Assembly (NCBI GenBank): GCA_027451365.1
Contig: DAIDJN010000026.1
Location: 1 to 64,000 of the forward strand
Length of the DNA: 64,000 bases
DNA from: Phycisphaerales bacterium
GTDB lineage: Bacteria > Planctomycetota > Phycisphaerae > WQYP01
Direction of reading: 5' to 3'
Of this stretch, positions 9,158-19,342 are shown one piece after another (the first letter of the stretch is position 1; every line of letters begins with the position of its first letter). The notes beneath the pieces were generated by a model. The model ran no database searches, was not told the origin of the DNA, and saw nothing but the letters and a program-made list of their open reading frames with translations. The position numbers and the translations under genes were made by a program.

Positions 9158-10636
9158 ATGCCTGGAATGAATGCAACAATGCCGAATATCTGGCTGCTGG
9201 CCATTTTTGTCACGATTCTGGGCTGTTGTGTGGGCAGCTTCATAAACGTGCTGATCTGGCGGCTGCCATTTCTGGGCCATCTGACGGAATTCAAGGGAAT
9301 CAAAGCGCCCATTACCCTAAGCTGGCCGCCTTCCCATTGCCCGCATTGTCATCGGGCGGTGCGGTGGCGGGAAAATCTGCCGATTATTTCCTGGCTGTTT
9401 TTGCGCGGTCGCTGCGGCGGCTGCCGCGAGCCTATTTCACCGCGGTATCCGCTGGTGGAATCTGGCACAGGCATGATCTTTTTAGCAATTTTCGCGGCTT
9501 ATTACATGGCGCACTGGTTTGCCGACAGTTTCAGCGGAATGACGCGCGGTGGCCCGACCCTGATTCTGGATTTCTTTTATATCGGTGCGCTACTTGCCGC
9601 ATCGGGAGTTGACGCGGACTGGTTTATTATTCCGCTGCGGCTGCCGTGGCTGGTAATTGTGGTGGCGATTCTGAGCTGCGCCGCGGGCAGCCAACCGATG
9701 CTGCCGAGTCTTGCCGCTGATTCGGCGGCGAGCCGGTTCGCCGTCGGCGGGGCTGCCGGTTTGTTGATATCTTTTATTCTACTGCGAACCGGTATTTTGC
9801 CGCGCAGCTTTTCCAGGCCGGCTGACGCGCCGGTCACCAGCATTCCACCGGCAGCGCCCGATACCGCAACGGCAACCACGGCTCCAATCGTCAGTCCGCC
9901 AGTAATGCGCAGCGGCCCGCTGATTTTAGTGGCAGCCATTGTTTTACTGATGCAAATACCGGCATGGCTGCTGCTTTCCCGACAAGCCGCGGTGCTGACG
10001 CTTCTGGTCTCCGGAATCATTGTATTCCTGCTGGGCATTCTGCCGCGCTGTGCCCCGGCGGCTGGCGAAGGCGATCTGGCCTCGGAAGTGCTGGATGAAT
10101 CTGCAGTACCCGATGCCCGTCGCGAAATATTAAAAGAACTGATGTTTGTGTTTCCAATAATTGCCCTGGGCACCACGGCTGCGTGCACATCGCTGCCGCT
10201 GCCTGCGAGCGCGGCGATGGACCGTCTGTACGGCACGCTGCTGGGCCTGGTGGCTGGCGGCGGCATTGTGTGGTTTTTCCGGATTTTCGGCACACTCCTT
10301 CTGGGCCGTGTGGCCATGGGACTGGGCGATGTGCATCTGATGGCCGCCATTGGCGCGGTCCTTGGGGCACCGCTGGCGGTGATCACCTTTTTTATTGCGC
10401 CATTTTTAGCGCTGATCTGGGTCATGGTATTGAAAATCATGAGGCGGCCAAATGTGTTACCCTTCGGCCCATGGTTAAGCGTGGCGGGCATTCTGGCTTT
10501 GCTGATTGGTCCGCCCATTCAAGGGTGGTATGCGCGTCAATTGTATCCACAGCCGCCGCGGACGCATGCAGATTCCGGACAGATTATCTGGCCCGGTGAC
10601 GGTCCGCCGACACACCCGCCGGCGAACCGGCCGTGA
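9158..10636 (+). CDS. Type IV prepilin peptidase (A24) with large internal insertion
   Basis: GSFINVLIWRLP, SHCPHC, ENLPIISW..GRCGGC..ISPRYPLVE, MGLGDVHLMAAIG, LPFGPWL. Start codon uncertain. Confidence 0.9.
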   Translation: MPGMNATMPNIWLLAIFVTILGCCVGSFINVLIWRLPFLGHLTEFKGIKAPITLSWPPSHCPHCHRAVRWRENLPIISWLFLRGRCGGCREPISPRYPLVESGTGMIFLAIFAAYYMAHWFADSFSGMTRGGPTLILDFFYIGALLAASGVDADWFIIPLRLPWLVIVVAILSCAAGSQPMLPSLAADSAASRFAVGGAAGLLISFILLRTGILPRSFSRPADAPVTSIPPAAPDTATATTAPIVSPPVMRSGPLILVAAIVLLMQIPAWLLLSRQAAVLTLLVSGIIVFLLGILPRCAPAAGEGDLASEVLDESAVPDARREILKELMFVFPIIALGTTAACTSLPLPASAAMDRLYGTLLGLVAGGGIVWFFRIFGTLLLGRVAMGLGDVHLMAAIGAVLGAPLAVITFFIAPFLALIWVMVLKIMRRPNVLPFGPWLSVAGILALLIGPPIQGWYARQLYPQPPRTHADSGQIIWPGDGPPTHPPANRP

Positions 10637-10764
10637 AACAATGCCGCCGGGGCCGGCAACGTTCGGGAATCGGCAAACGATCGGGCAAGTGGCTTGGCAC
10701 AAATGGACAAATGGCGTAACGTAGCGGCGTCTCAATAATCAGGGGTCGAAACAAAGGGAGTTCC

Positions 10765-12297
10765 ATGCTGGCAAAAGTCCATAGTTTTGTGCTTCAGGGC
10801 ATAGACGCACTGCGCTGCGAAGTGGAAGTGAATTTAGCCAACCGCGACTACGATGTGCCGATTATTGTGGGCCTTGCGGACAAAGCTGTCAGCGAATCGC
10901 TGGACCGCATTCAGATCGCAATGACCAATTCAGGCTATCCGTTTCCCAATCAGAAACTGCTGGTAAATCTGGCACCCGCGGACATCAAAAAGGAAGGCAG
11001 CGCACTGGAACTGCCGATCGCATTGGGCATCCTTCAGGCGGCCCGCGCGATTACCACTGACCGGCATAAGAAATTACTGGTCGCCGGCGAGTTGGCTCTG
11101 GATGGGTCCGTGCGGCCGATTCGCGGGGCGCTTTCCATGGCCATGCTGGCGGTGGAAAGCGGATTTTCCGGCGTGCTGCTTCCACCGGCCAACGCCCGCG
11201 AGGCGTCGGTAGTGCCGAATCTGGAAGTGTACGCGATTGATTCGCTGGCCACGATGGTCGGGTTCCTGAATGGCCAACTGGAACTTGAACCGGAAAGTCC
11301 GGTGGAGGTCGCGGGCAACTCGCTTATCGGAAATTATGATGTCGACTTCGCCGAAGTCCGCGGGCAGGAAACCGCCAAGCGGGCGATGACGATAGCGGCG
11401 GCGGGTAATCATAATGTGCTTCTTCTTGGCCCGCCCGGAGCGGGCAAAACCATGTTGTGCCAGCGGCTTCCAACGATTCTTCCACCGCTGACCCGTCAGG
11501 AAGCGCTGGAAACGTCGCGTATTTATTCGGCATGCGGACTTCTGCCGCGTGAAACCAGCCTGTTGAGCATCCGGCCGGTGCGGATGCCCCACCACACCGC
11601 GAGCGGCGCGGCGCTGATTGGGGGCGGCACTATTCCCCGGCCTGGCGAAGTTTCCCTGGCGCACCATGGGGTTCTGTTTCTGGATGAATTGCCTGAATTT
11701 TCCAGGCATGTGCTGGAAATGCTGCGCCAGCCGCTGGAATCAGGATCGGTGACGATTGCCCGGTCACATTCCAGCGTCACCTTTCCTGCGCGATTCATGC
11801 TGGTCGCCGCCATGAACCCGTCACGGTCCGGCCGCGGCACGCTGGACCGCCGGAATGCCAAGTCAACTGAACAGGCGGACATGGATAAATATATGAGCAA
11901 GCTTTCCGGTCCGTTGCTGGAACGTATCGATATTCATCTGGAAGTGCCGGCGGTGACTTATCGGGATCTGACGAGCCGCGCAGTGGGGACCGACTCGGCA
12001 AAAATGCGGTCCGCAGTGGAAAAAGCACGGGCCGTTCAGGCCCAGCGATTTGGTGCCGAAAGCACAACTACCAACGCCTCGATGAAAACGCGTCAGTTGA
12101 AGGAATTCTGCGCGCTGGATGATACCTGCATGCTGCTGATGAAACAGGCCATGGAAGAACTCGGGTTAAGCGCCCGCGCTTTTGATAAAGTTCGCCGCCT
12201 GGCCAGAACCATAGCGGATATTGATGGCGTGGACCAGATTACGCCCGCACAAATTACCGAAGCGGTGGGCTACAGAATTCTGGACCGGAAATACTGA
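10765..12297 (+). CDS. comM: YifB/ComM Mg-chelatase-like AAA+ ATPase
   Basis: VNLAPADIKKEG, GELALDG, GPPGAGKT (Walker A), PGEVSLAHHGVLFLDELPEF, LSGPLLERID, LSARA..RLARTIAD. Confidence 0.92.
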   Translation: MLAKVHSFVLQGIDALRCEVEVNLANRDYDVPIIVGLADKAVSESLDRIQIAMTNSGYPFPNQKLLVNLAPADIKKEGSALELPIALGILQAARAITTDRHKKLLVAGELALDGSVRPIRGALSMAMLAVESGFSGVLLPPANAREASVVPNLEVYAIDSLATMVGFLNGQLELEPESPVEVAGNSLIGNYDVDFAEVRGQETAKRAMTIAAAGNHNVLLLGPPGAGKTMLCQRLPTILPPLTRQEALETSRIYSACGLLPRETSLLSIRPVRMPHHTASGAALIGGGTIPRPGEVSLAHHGVLFLDELPEFSRHVLEMLRQPLESGSVTIARSHSSVTFPARFMLVAAMNPSRSGRGTLDRRNAKSTEQADMDKYMSKLSGPLLERIDIHLEVPAVTYRDLTSRAVGTDSAKMRSAVEKARAVQAQRFGAESTTTNASMKTRQLKEFCALDDTCMLLMKQAMEELGLSARAFDKVRRLARTIADIDGVDQITPAQITEAVGYRILDRKY

Positions 12298-12695
12298 TTT
12301 TCAGAGTTTGTCCGGATTTTCCGCGCCGCGGGCCATCCACAGCCTGATGCGCATTTGGCTGCGGCGGCGCGTTGCCTGATTGTCGGCAACCGCGCCGGAT
12401 TCCGGCAATGTCACCCTGCTTTGTCAGGCATCAAACCGGACGCCAGCGCCGCCGGGGCAACGGCTTATCCCCGACAAGCCGGTTCGTTCCAAGGGCGCTC
12501 CAAAGGTCAAAAACAGCAAACGGACCACACGATTCAAATTTTTCGTAAGGATTTGCCATTTTGGCCGTCCAGAGACGGGGAAATGGATTTCGGACCATGT
12601 CCCGCGCCGGTTCCGAGCGCCGGACCGCACCGCACAAACCGGAAACCATCCGGAAAACCACCGGATTTTTCCAGAACCAGCCGATATTATATTTC

Positions 12696-12778
12696 GTATA
12701 ATAGTGTCATACCAATCGACAGGCGGCAGACTGACGCTGTTGCATCGGGCCGCCGCGGGAGGTATAACAGAGTACAAC
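12696..12778. promoter_or_regulatory. Two similar 17-bp candidate operator boxes
   Basis: GTATAATAGTGTCATAC (12696-12712, near-palindromic) and GTATAACAGAGTACAAC (12762-12778), upstream of a ribbon-helix-helix regulator gene. Each contains a TATAAT/TATAAC -10-like hexamer. Confidence 0.45.
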
Positions 12779-12816
12779 AAAATTCCTGATCACAGACACC
12801 GCAAGGAGCACATGAC

Positions 12817-13362
12817 ATGCCGACCGACAAAGCCGTCACCTCCAAAAAAGGCGAGCGTATGCCCAAAGACCAGCTTCTGGCCTTTAAAGTGGACGCCAAA
12901 CTCGCAGAGCTGCTTTCCAGCGTCAAGAACCGCAGTGAACTGATCCGCGATGCGGTTTATGCCTACCTTGGCCATCTTTGCCCGTTGTGTGAAGGCAAAG
13001 GAACAATACCGGCCAACCGCGGCCATGAAATTGAACTGCTGCTGGCGCAACTTGAATTCGCAACCTGTTCGGGTTGCCACACGGCCTTGCCGGTTATGCC
13101 GCGGCTTCGGAAACTCGTGGGCACCATGCCCAGAGAAGACCGTCAACGCCTGACGGAATTTGAGAAGACCGGGGAGCTTCTGTGTTCGGATTGCTTTGAA
13201 AAAGCGGATCAATGTGACAGTTGCGGCCAGCATGTGCCGCAGGGGCATTTGCCGGACCATGTACACAAACTTCATCATTCCAATCCCGGCCGTACCGCAA
13301 AAGGGTTCAGGCGATCCGCACAAAAGGCCGCTTCAGCACGTATAAAGCTGAACGGCGCGTGA
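12817..13362 (+). CDS. Ribbon-helix-helix (CopG-like) regulator with multiple CxxC zinc motifs
   Basis: LLAFKVDAKLAELL..NRSELIRDAV fits an RHH pattern. Followed by CPLC, CSGC, CSDC, CDSC and a His cluster. AAGGAG RBS. Confidence 0.7.
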   Translation: MPTDKAVTSKKGERMPKDQLLAFKVDAKLAELLSSVKNRSELIRDAVYAYLGHLCPLCEGKGTIPANRGHEIELLLAQLEFATCSGCHTALPVMPRLRKLVGTMPREDRQRLTEFEKTGELLCSDCFEKADQCDSCGQHVPQGHLPDHVHKLHHSNPGRTAKGFRRSAQKAASARIKLNGA

Positions 13363-13438
13363 ATCGACTGAAAACCTTGGACCGGCTGGTCATGTTTGAC
13401 CCGTTTTTTTCGCCCGCTTTCGGACGGAGTAATTTTCA

Positions 13439-14416
13439 ATGTTTGCAACTGCTATTAACTTATGGAATCCAAGCGGAATAGGCATGGGATTGGTCATGAT
13501 TCTGGCCACCGCGCTGCTGCTGGGATTTGTCCACGGCATTACTCCGGACGAACATACGTGGCCGATTACCTTCAGCTACGCCATCGGCAGTTATTCCTGG
13601 AAAGGCGGCATGAAGGCGGGCTTTCTGTTCTCGCTGACGTTCACCTTGCAGCGAGCCATAGCATGTGAGCTGGCTTATTTTGCCATTAACGCCATTCGAC
13701 CCATTATTGAAAGTGACATTTATAACAGTCTGGTTTATGTGATTGTGGGCGCGGTCATGACCGGGTCGGGTCTTTATATTGTGCGCAGGGGTAAAATCTG
13801 GCACATGTTTCACACCCACAAAATGCTTCATTCCGAAGGGGGCGCCAATCCTCAAACCGCGCCATGGTGGATGCCTTTGGTACACGGCTTTATTGCCGGC
13901 TGGGGAACTGGTGCGTTTGCCATTATTCTTTATACGGCTTTAGCTCCCAATATGGGCAGCCCGTGGCTCGCGTTCCTGCCCGGGGTGGCGTTTGGCATTG
14001 GAACCATGATCATGCAGATTCTCATTGGCGGTTTGTTTGGCCAATGGATGGCCCGCCGCAAACTTTCGGAAAACGCCCGCGTTCTGCTGGCCAGGCTTAT
14101 GTCCGGGCGGACGCTTACATGGGGTGGTGTGGGCTTTATGCTGGTCGGTGGGCTGGAGGTGCTGTTCCCCAAACTCAGTGGAATTCAGGTCAGCACGGGG
14201 CTGAAAGTCCATAATCTGGCTCATCTGGGCGACGGCTTTTTTCTGGCGGTCATTATGCTTTTCAGTGTGGCGGCCTATTCCTTTTTCAGATCGATGCATG
14301 ACATACAGCATGAAGTGATTCTTCCCCCCGTGGATACGGCATCAGGTTGTGACCACCCAGGGCACGTTCATCCGCACGAACCGGCCCCGACCATACCTGC
14401 AAAAGAACAGGCCTAA
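13439..14416 (+). CDS. NiCoT/UreH-like His-rich metal permease
   Basis: The first TM segment has GFVHGITPDEH, resembling the HAxDxDH signature. Also LVHGFIAG, multiple TMs, a His-rich loop (HMFHTHKMLH) and tail (CDHPGHVHPH). Confidence 0.65.
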   Translation: MFATAINLWNPSGIGMGLVMILATALLLGFVHGITPDEHTWPITFSYAIGSYSWKGGMKAGFLFSLTFTLQRAIACELAYFAINAIRPIIESDIYNSLVYVIVGAVMTGSGLYIVRRGKIWHMFHTHKMLHSEGGANPQTAPWWMPLVHGFIAGWGTGAFAIILYTALAPNMGSPWLAFLPGVAFGIGTMIMQILIGGLFGQWMARRKLSENARVLLARLMSGRTLTWGGVGFMLVGGLEVLFPKLSGIQVSTGLKVHNLAHLGDGFFLAVIMLFSVAAYSFFRSMHDIQHEVILPPVDTASGCDHPGHVHPHEPAPTIPAKEQA

Positions 14417-14490
14417 CACCGCTTCGTGGAATTCCATAATCGGTATAAACCGATTCGCCCAGGGGACATCCTTGGCTTTATAATAGGTCG

Positions 14491-15456
14491 ATGCGCGAAA
14501 ACGACTTTATCGCATGGATTACCGCACAATCGCCGCCGACACCGGCGGTGCGCATTGGCATTGGCGATGATATGGCCGCAATTGCGACGGAATCGCCGGA
14601 TTCGGGGGCACTGCGCGGCACCGGAGTTTTAAGCCGGCTGGTACTTCTAAAAATTGACCAGGCGCTGGATCAGGTGCATTTTGACCTAGCCACGCATACC
14701 CCGCGTGAGGCCGGCAGGAAGGCGGTTAATCGTTGCCTGTCCGATTGTGCGGCCATGGCCTGCCTGCCCCGCGCGATTCTTATTTCCGTTGCTCTGCCAC
14801 AATCGGCCGGGGACGACTTTGCGCGAGAGCTTTTTCTTGGCTCACGCGACGCGGCCGCCGTCTTCAATTGCCCACTGGTGGGTGGCGATACCGCGATCTG
14901 GAACCAGCGGCTTGCAATTACCGTTGCGGCCATGGGCACTGCGGAACATGATCCGATACGACGATCCGGCGCCAAACCCGGGGATATTGTGTGTGTCAGC
15001 GGACAACTAGGTGGCAGCATTCTGGGACGGCATATGACATTTACGCCGCGGGTTGCCTTTTCCCAAAAACTGGCAACCGCCGCGAACATTCACGCCATGA
15101 TGGATATTTCCGATGGACTGGCTATGGATTATCCGCGGCTGCTGGCAGCTTCCGGCTGCGGCGGAGTTGTAGATACCCGCCGCCTGCCGGTGCATCCGGA
15201 CGCCCGAAATCTGGCCACGCAGGACGGCCAGCCGGCTTGGCGACACGCCTTGTCGGATGGCGAGGATTATGAACTTCTGTTCACGCTAGCGGCGTCTGAT
15301 TTTCCGCTTATTGCGAATCTTGACACGGACGTTCCAGTGACTGCGATCGGCACGGTAACCGGATCAGGCCCGCTGCAGCTTATACTGCCTGATGGCACGG
15401 CCATCTCCTGGCCGGTCGGCGGATGGGAATATTCCAGCCCGACGAATGACGTGTAA
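14491..15456 (+). CDS. thiL: Thiamine-monophosphate kinase
   Basis: IGIGDDMA, GRKAVNRCLSDCAAM, LVGGDT, RRSGAKPGD, AMMDISDGL, GEDYELLFT. Confidence 0.93.
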   Translation: MRENDFIAWITAQSPPTPAVRIGIGDDMAAIATESPDSGALRGTGVLSRLVLLKIDQALDQVHFDLATHTPREAGRKAVNRCLSDCAAMACLPRAILISVALPQSAGDDFARELFLGSRDAAAVFNCPLVGGDTAIWNQRLAITVAAMGTAEHDPIRRSGAKPGDIVCVSGQLGGSILGRHMTFTPRVAFSQKLATAANIHAMMDISDGLAMDYPRLLAASGCGGVVDTRRLPVHPDARNLATQDGQPAWRHALSDGEDYELLFTLAASDFPLIANLDTDVPVTAIGTVTGSGPLQLILPDGTAISWPVGGWEYSSPTNDV

Positions 15457-15463
15457 TGTAAAT

Positions 15464-15955
15464 ATGGATGGTGCAGGAATGGAAGTCCGTTGCGATACGG
15501 TGGAAGAAACCATGAATCTTGGGGCCGCCATCGGCCGCCTGGGCGAGCCGGGACAGGTTATTTCACTGGATGGTCCGCTGGGAACCGGGAAGACGCAATT
15601 GGTTCGAGGCCTTGCGGAGGGAGCGGGCGTGGCGGACCTTTCGCTGGTCTGTTCACCAACGTATGTACTTTTGAATATTTATAACGCAGATCAGGGCAAA
15701 ACCGGATCGCGCACAGTGTTTCACCTGGACGCGTACCGGATAAAATCGCCGGAGGATTTTTCCGCCATCGGCTTTGACGAATTGCTGGATCAGGGAGGCA
15801 TTGTGGTGGTGGAATGGGCGGAGCGCGTGGCCGACCTGCTGCCCGCAGACCGTCTGGCTATTCGCGGCGAATGGTCGGGTGAAAACAGCCGCGTGTGGCG
15901 CATAGACGCCACAGGCCCGGTGTCGCAACTTCTGCTGCGGAAACTTATGGCCTGA
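15464..15955 (+). CDS. tsaE: tRNA t6A biosynthesis ATPase TsaE
   Basis: LDGPLGTGKTQLVRGL, VCSPTYVL, FHLDAYRI, VVEWAE. Start uncertain. Confidence 0.93.
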   Translation: MDGAGMEVRCDTVEETMNLGAAIGRLGEPGQVISLDGPLGTGKTQLVRGLAEGAGVADLSLVCSPTYVLLNIYNADQGKTGSRTVFHLDAYRIKSPEDFSAIGFDELLDQGGIVVVEWAERVADLLPADRLAIRGEWSGENSRVWRIDATGPVSQLLLRKLMA

Positions 15956-15967
15956 TCAGCCTGGAAT

Positions 15968-16309
15968 TTATTTTGCCAGAGGTGCCAGCGAATCCAGCGA
16001 TTCGCGAAACATTTTCTTGGGTGTCAAACCGACAAATTTCTTGGCAATCTGGCCGTTATGGAACAGAATAATGGTCGGAATGGCGTTAATGTTGTACTGC
16101 ATGGCGGTATTGCGATTGGCATCGGTATCCACCTTGCCGACCTTGACCCGTCCTTTGTATTCCGTTGCCAGCTCTTCGATGGTCGGTGCCAGCATTCGGC
16201 ATGGACCGCACCATTCCGCCCAAAAATCAACCAGAACCGGGTGCTCGCTTTTCAGAACTTCGTCTTGAAAATTGCCATCCGTTAATTGAATAACATTCTC
16301 ACCAGCCAT
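15968..16309 (-). CDS. trxA: Thioredoxin
   Basis: VLVDFWAEWCGPC motif and GGAG RBS. Confidence 0.96.
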   Translation of the reverse strand: MAGENVIQLTDGNFQDEVLKSEHPVLVDFWAEWCGPCRMLAPTIEELATEYKGRVKVGKVDTDANRNTAMQYNINAIPTIILFHNGQIAKKFVGLTPKKMFRESLDSLAPLAK

Positions 16310-16498
16310 CGTGGATACTCCTGTGGGCGGATAAACTATTCAAGCCGCCGATGGAAAATGGTAGACACGAAGTAATTAAGTGTCAAATCCGGTCTATTTC
16401 ATCAGACCTGCCCTGCTGACCGTCAGAACCCATGTTCCACCCGGAGGGGATTGCCCCCCGCCTGCACTTACAGGCACAGGTGTTTTCTGTTGGCGGCT

Positions 16499-19342
16499 TT
16501 ATCGCGATGTAAACTCGATGGTTTGACGCTTCAGTCCGCGGGCGCTGGCGGTCAGCCGCATGACACCCGGCTTGCGACTCGCCTGCACCATCACCATGCA
16601 GTGGCCATAAAACGCCCGATGGTAATCCGCCTGGTTCGGTTCATGACAGGCAGGATCGCCATTTCCGGAACCCACGATTCTTCCCGGCCCGGTAAGGCTG
16701 AAATGAATCTTGTTATCTGCATTTGTAACAATATTGCCATGGGCGTCGACCACGGCCACGGCAATGGGGGCGATATCTTCGCCATTGGCGCGCATAACGG
16801 GCCACTGATCGGTCAAACGCAAACCCGCGGCAGGCCCGGATGTCCGCTGCGTCCATTCCGCGACCTGCCGGCCATGGTTATAACCGCGAACAACCAGCTT
16901 GCCCGGCTGATAAGGGACCTGCCAGTCCAGATACTCATATTCGGGCATCACGCGGCGCGGGCCGATCTGTTTGCCATTAAGCAGCAATTGCACGCGGCTG
17001 CAATTTCCAAAGCAGCGCACCAGCACTTTTTGACCAATCATCGCCGACGGCAAATTCCACTGCGGGCAGATATAAACCAGCGGTTTTTTGCCCCACCAGG
17101 CCTTGTAATAGTAGGCGTCGGGCTTGGGGAAGCCGCAGATATCCAGCAGGCCGAAATGCGAATTAATATCTGGCCACGCGTATGGCGTTGGCTCGCCACG
17201 GTAATCAAAACCGGTCCAGTTAAACCCCCCTGCCACGAACGGCTGCGTGGCAATCGGTTTCCATGTGTCCCAGGCCAATTGTGACCAGTCTGTGTGCATG
17301 GTGTATTGGGTCACCAGCCCAAGCGGTGCACTGCTGGCCAGCACGCCGCGATCAGAACAGGTACTGCCGATCTCGCTGCCGAAAATGGGCAGATGTGGAA
17401 ACATTTTGTGCATCCAGGCGTAGTCCTGCGGATGGTAATTGATACCCTGGAGGTCTTCAACCCGCGTAAAGCCATGCGGGTAGCCGCCGTTCATGGCGCA
17501 CGTAATGGGACGAGTTCGGTCAAATTTATGCACTTCGTGCATCATGGCCCGAAAAACGGTTTTCCCATATTCGCTGGCCTGAATGCCCCATTCCTCATTG
17601 CACATGGACCACATGATGACACTTGGATGATTGCGGTCCCGCAGGATCATAAATTTAATCGCGGACATATTATGATACGGCTGGCCTATGGAAGCCTTAG
17701 GCCCCTGGTAATCCGTGGGGTGACGGTTTTCATCCATCACCAGCATTCCCAGATGATCGCAGGCGCGGTAGAACGCCGGCGAAACCGGGTTATGCGAGGT
17801 GCGATAGGCGTTGGAATGGAGTTCCTTTTTTAGCATCATGACGCGCCACCACCACAGGTTGTTCGGCGCGCCGATGCCCACGGCCGGAAAATCGGCATGG
17901 TTGCAGGTTCCTTTAATTTCCACATGCCTGCCGTTGAGAAAAAAGCCGCGATTGGGATCGAAACGAATAGTGCGGATGCCAAACGTGGTCTGCTTGCTAT
18001 CTATATTCACGCGCTGCTGGCGCACTAAAAGGTTGTTTGCCGGCGGCATCAAGCGCACGGAATACAGACTTGTGCGCAGATGATACAAATGCGTGTGATG
18101 CAGACTCCAGAGCGCCACACGGGCCAACGTCACATGCTGATTAAGTGTGAATGTCGCCCCGGCTTCCAGGTGCGGAATGCCCGTTGTCACCTTGGCCACC
18201 TGTTTGCCAGACGAGTCCAGAATAACGGATTCAACCGCGAATGCCGCCGGAGTGCTGCGATCATTTCTCACATCGGTCTGAATGGTGAGTTCCGCCTGGG
18301 CACTTTCCCCAGTTGCCGGATCATATTGAATTGGCCCCGGCACGCGGCTTATCACGTAGGTTCCATAGCGCGCCACATGCAGTTTATGTTTGATAATCAG
18401 TTTGACATTGCGATTGATCCCTCCCCCTTCATACCACCAGCCTTCAAAAAAGGTGGGATCAACCCGCACGGCCAGCGTATTGATTCGGTTGAAATGAACT
18501 TTGCCGGTGATATTCAGGCGAAAACCGGTATAACCGCCGCGATGGTCGCCCAGCAGATGGCCGTTCAGATAGACATGGGCGTCACGGTAGACGCCCTGAA
18601 AATCCAACCACAGCATTCGACTTTTATCCACCGCGGGAACACGGAACGTGCGTTCATACCATGCCGGATAAGTCGGCAGATAACCATGGCCAACATGCGC
18701 GTCAGGCGAAAACTTCCCCCGTACAATATAGTCGTTGGGAAGTTTAACTCGCCGCCAGGTGCTGTTGACAACTGGAACCCCCGAAGTTGCCGGCCGCGGA
18801 TGATAGTAGCCAGCCGCAGCAGCTCCCATGATGCCACCTCCGCCGGCGGTGTTTTGAACCAGCACGGTCAGGACATTTGGTCGGGCGGAATGCCAGGCGG
18901 AATCCAGCGGCACCAGAAAGGGCTGGTTCCAACCCTGATGCTGAAACAATTTCTTGCCATTGAGATAAACCGTTCCATTGTCGTCCACGCTTTCAAAAGA
19001 AATGACCCGGTTGGGGCGGGGCAGCTGCGGCAGGCGTATCTGGAACCAGGCGTATCCAACACGGCCATGAAACACATCCGTCCCGGTTTTCACAGGCTGC
19101 CAACCAGCGGATTCAGCCAGCCCCGCGGGAACCTGTTTTGGAGACGTGGTCCGGGCCGCAGGTCTCCACCGCCAGGCAACCAAGGGCTGCGGATGACGGA
19201 TTCGGGGCGTGATCACCGCTTTCCAGTGCCAGTGAAAATCCAGATTTTCAGACGCACGGGTCTGGTTCTGTGCATACACCCGCAGGGAACCGGGAAACAG
19301 TGCAACAGCCAAGGCGACGCCAAATAGGGTGGTGAATTTCAT
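16499..19342 (-). CDS. Exported glycoside hydrolase family 2 (beta-galactosidase-like)
   Basis: Signal peptide MKFTTLFGVALAVALF. Motifs WWYEGGGI, FGIRTIRFD, YRTSHNP, RDRNHPSVIMWSMCNEE, WTGFDYRGEP. Confidence 0.9.
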   Translation of the reverse strand: MKFTTLFGVALAVALFPGSLRVYAQNQTRASENLDFHWHWKAVITPRIRHPQPLVAWRWRPAARTTSPKQVPAGLAESAGWQPVKTGTDVFHGRVGYAWFQIRLPQLPRPNRVISFESVDDNGTVYLNGKKLFQHQGWNQPFLVPLDSAWHSARPNVLTVLVQNTAGGGGIMGAAAAGYYHPRPATSGVPVVNSTWRRVKLPNDYIVRGKFSPDAHVGHGYLPTYPAWYERTFRVPAVDKSRMLWLDFQGVYRDAHVYLNGHLLGDHRGGYTGFRLNITGKVHFNRINTLAVRVDPTFFEGWWYEGGGINRNVKLIIKHKLHVARYGTYVISRVPGPIQYDPATGESAQAELTIQTDVRNDRSTPAAFAVESVILDSSGKQVAKVTTGIPHLEAGATFTLNQHVTLARVALWSLHHTHLYHLRTSLYSVRLMPPANNLLVRQQRVNIDSKQTTFGIRTIRFDPNRGFFLNGRHVEIKGTCNHADFPAVGIGAPNNLWWWRVMMLKKELHSNAYRTSHNPVSPAFYRACDHLGMLVMDENRHPTDYQGPKASIGQPYHNMSAIKFMILRDRNHPSVIMWSMCNEEWGIQASEYGKTVFRAMMHEVHKFDRTRPITCAMNGGYPHGFTRVEDLQGINYHPQDYAWMHKMFPHLPIFGSEIGSTCSDRGVLASSAPLGLVTQYTMHTDWSQLAWDTWKPIATQPFVAGGFNWTGFDYRGEPTPYAWPDINSHFGLLDICGFPKPDAYYYKAWWGKKPLVYICPQWNLPSAMIGQKVLVRCFGNCSRVQLLLNGKQIGPRRVMPEYEYLDWQVPYQPGKLVVRGYNHGRQVAEWTQRTSGPAAGLRLTDQWPVMRANGEDIAPIAVAVVDAHGNIVTNADNKIHFSLTGPGRIVGSGNGDPACHEPNQADYHRAFYGHCMVMVQASRKPGVMRLTASARGLKRQTIEFTSR

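Noticed and set aside
12691..12718. dif/Xer site (ATTTCGTATAA resembles a XerC arm)
   Set aside because: The sequence after the 6-bp spacer (CATACCAATCG) does not resemble a XerD arm (TTATGTTAAAT).
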